A stretch of 64,000 nt of DNA from Candidatus Peribacteria bacterium. GTDB lineage: Bacteria > Patescibacteriota > Gracilibacteria > Peribacterales > Peribacteraceae. The translations under genes were made by a program, and so were the position numbers. The stretch spans positions 601,442-665,441 of the forward strand of contig JACKFU010000001.1 in assembly GCA_020632295.1 (NCBI GenBank), written 5' to 3'. The notes under the pieces were generated by a model that was given only the letters and a program-made list of their open reading frames with translations, searched no databases and was not told the origin of the DNA. This document shows, one piece after another, positions 63,554 to 64,000 of the stretch (within the stretch, counting starts at the first letter, position 1; every line of letters starts with the position of its first letter).

Positions 63554-64000
63554 TGATGCATTTCTTTCACTCTCTTACCAGCATTTTAACACCTGTTGCT
63601 TTCGCACAAGGCCCTTGTGTTGGCATCACCTGTGGTGCTGGCGGCAACCCCCTTCCACTGTTTATTTCGGTAGCTGCTGCTGTAGTGCTCGAGATAGCGT
63701 CTGGCCTTGCGGTTGTTTCTGTTGTTGTTGGTGGGGCAATGCTTGTATTGAACTTTGGAAACGAATCTCGTGCAGAGAGAGGGCGCAAGGGGATTTTCTA
63801 CGGACTCGTTGCCTTTGCGGTTGCTCTGAGCTCTCAGGCAATTATTTCGTTTGCTGTTTCCAAAGCAAATCTTGTTGAGGCTGATGCGCCACATATCAGC
63901 ATTATGAACGTAACTGTTAGTGCGATGCTTGCGGTCTTTAATGTTGTTTTTGCTCTTATGATGCTTTTCTTCGGCTTTAAACTTGTTTTAGCTCGTGGTC
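63554..64000 (+). CDS. T4SS-pilin-like N-terminus followed by further TM segments (partial, runs off window end)
   Basis: Own translation: MMHFFHSLTSILTPVAFAQGPCVGITCGAGG...VVGGAMLVLNFGNESRAERGRKGIFYGLVAFAV... No stop before 64000, so it is absent from the track. Confidence 0.55.

Noticed and set aside
1-64000. Alternative genetic code (UGA recoding as in some CPR lineages)
   Set aside because: Conserved genes (trpS, pilB, clpC, ruvB, pdxS and others) are full length and end at expected positions under the standard code, with TGA used as stop.

Overview
Gene-dense (roughly 90% coding) bacterial chromosome segment that reads cleanly with the standard genetic code. I found no rRNA, CRISPR array, transposase or integrase. 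Housekeeping genes: dnaX (partial), dcd, trpS, maf, pdxST, rpsA, clpC, rplK, rplA, ruvB, dus, tatD, rel and three tRNAs. Main blocks: (1) a minus-strand mevalonate/isoprenoid operon (13059-20267) with archaeal-type thiolase and HMG-CoA synthase, plus a DUF35 OB-fold fused to a guanylate-kinase-like domain, and no recognisable phosphomevalonate kinase. (2) A type IV pilus cluster (21394-31355) containing a 1442-aa pilin-leader adhesin. (3) A 1142-aa Cys-rich secreted protein. (4) A tandem array of integrative-element remnants at tRNA-Gly(UCC) (39505-42670). (5) Scattered T4SS-like orphans (PrgI-like, VirB4 N-domain only, T4SS-pilin-like). Two sequence-level patterns recur across the window. Degenerate 7-nt and 8-nt tandem arrays abut start codons and also sit in frame inside enzymes and glycosyltransferases. 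TGnTATAAT boxes lie 6-7 nt from start codons, which implies leaderless mRNAs. The gene content suggests a Candidate Phyla Radiation/Patescibacteria (perhaps Peregrinibacteria-like) organism, but that placement is inference only. All product calls come from motif recognition by eye, since no searches could be run.
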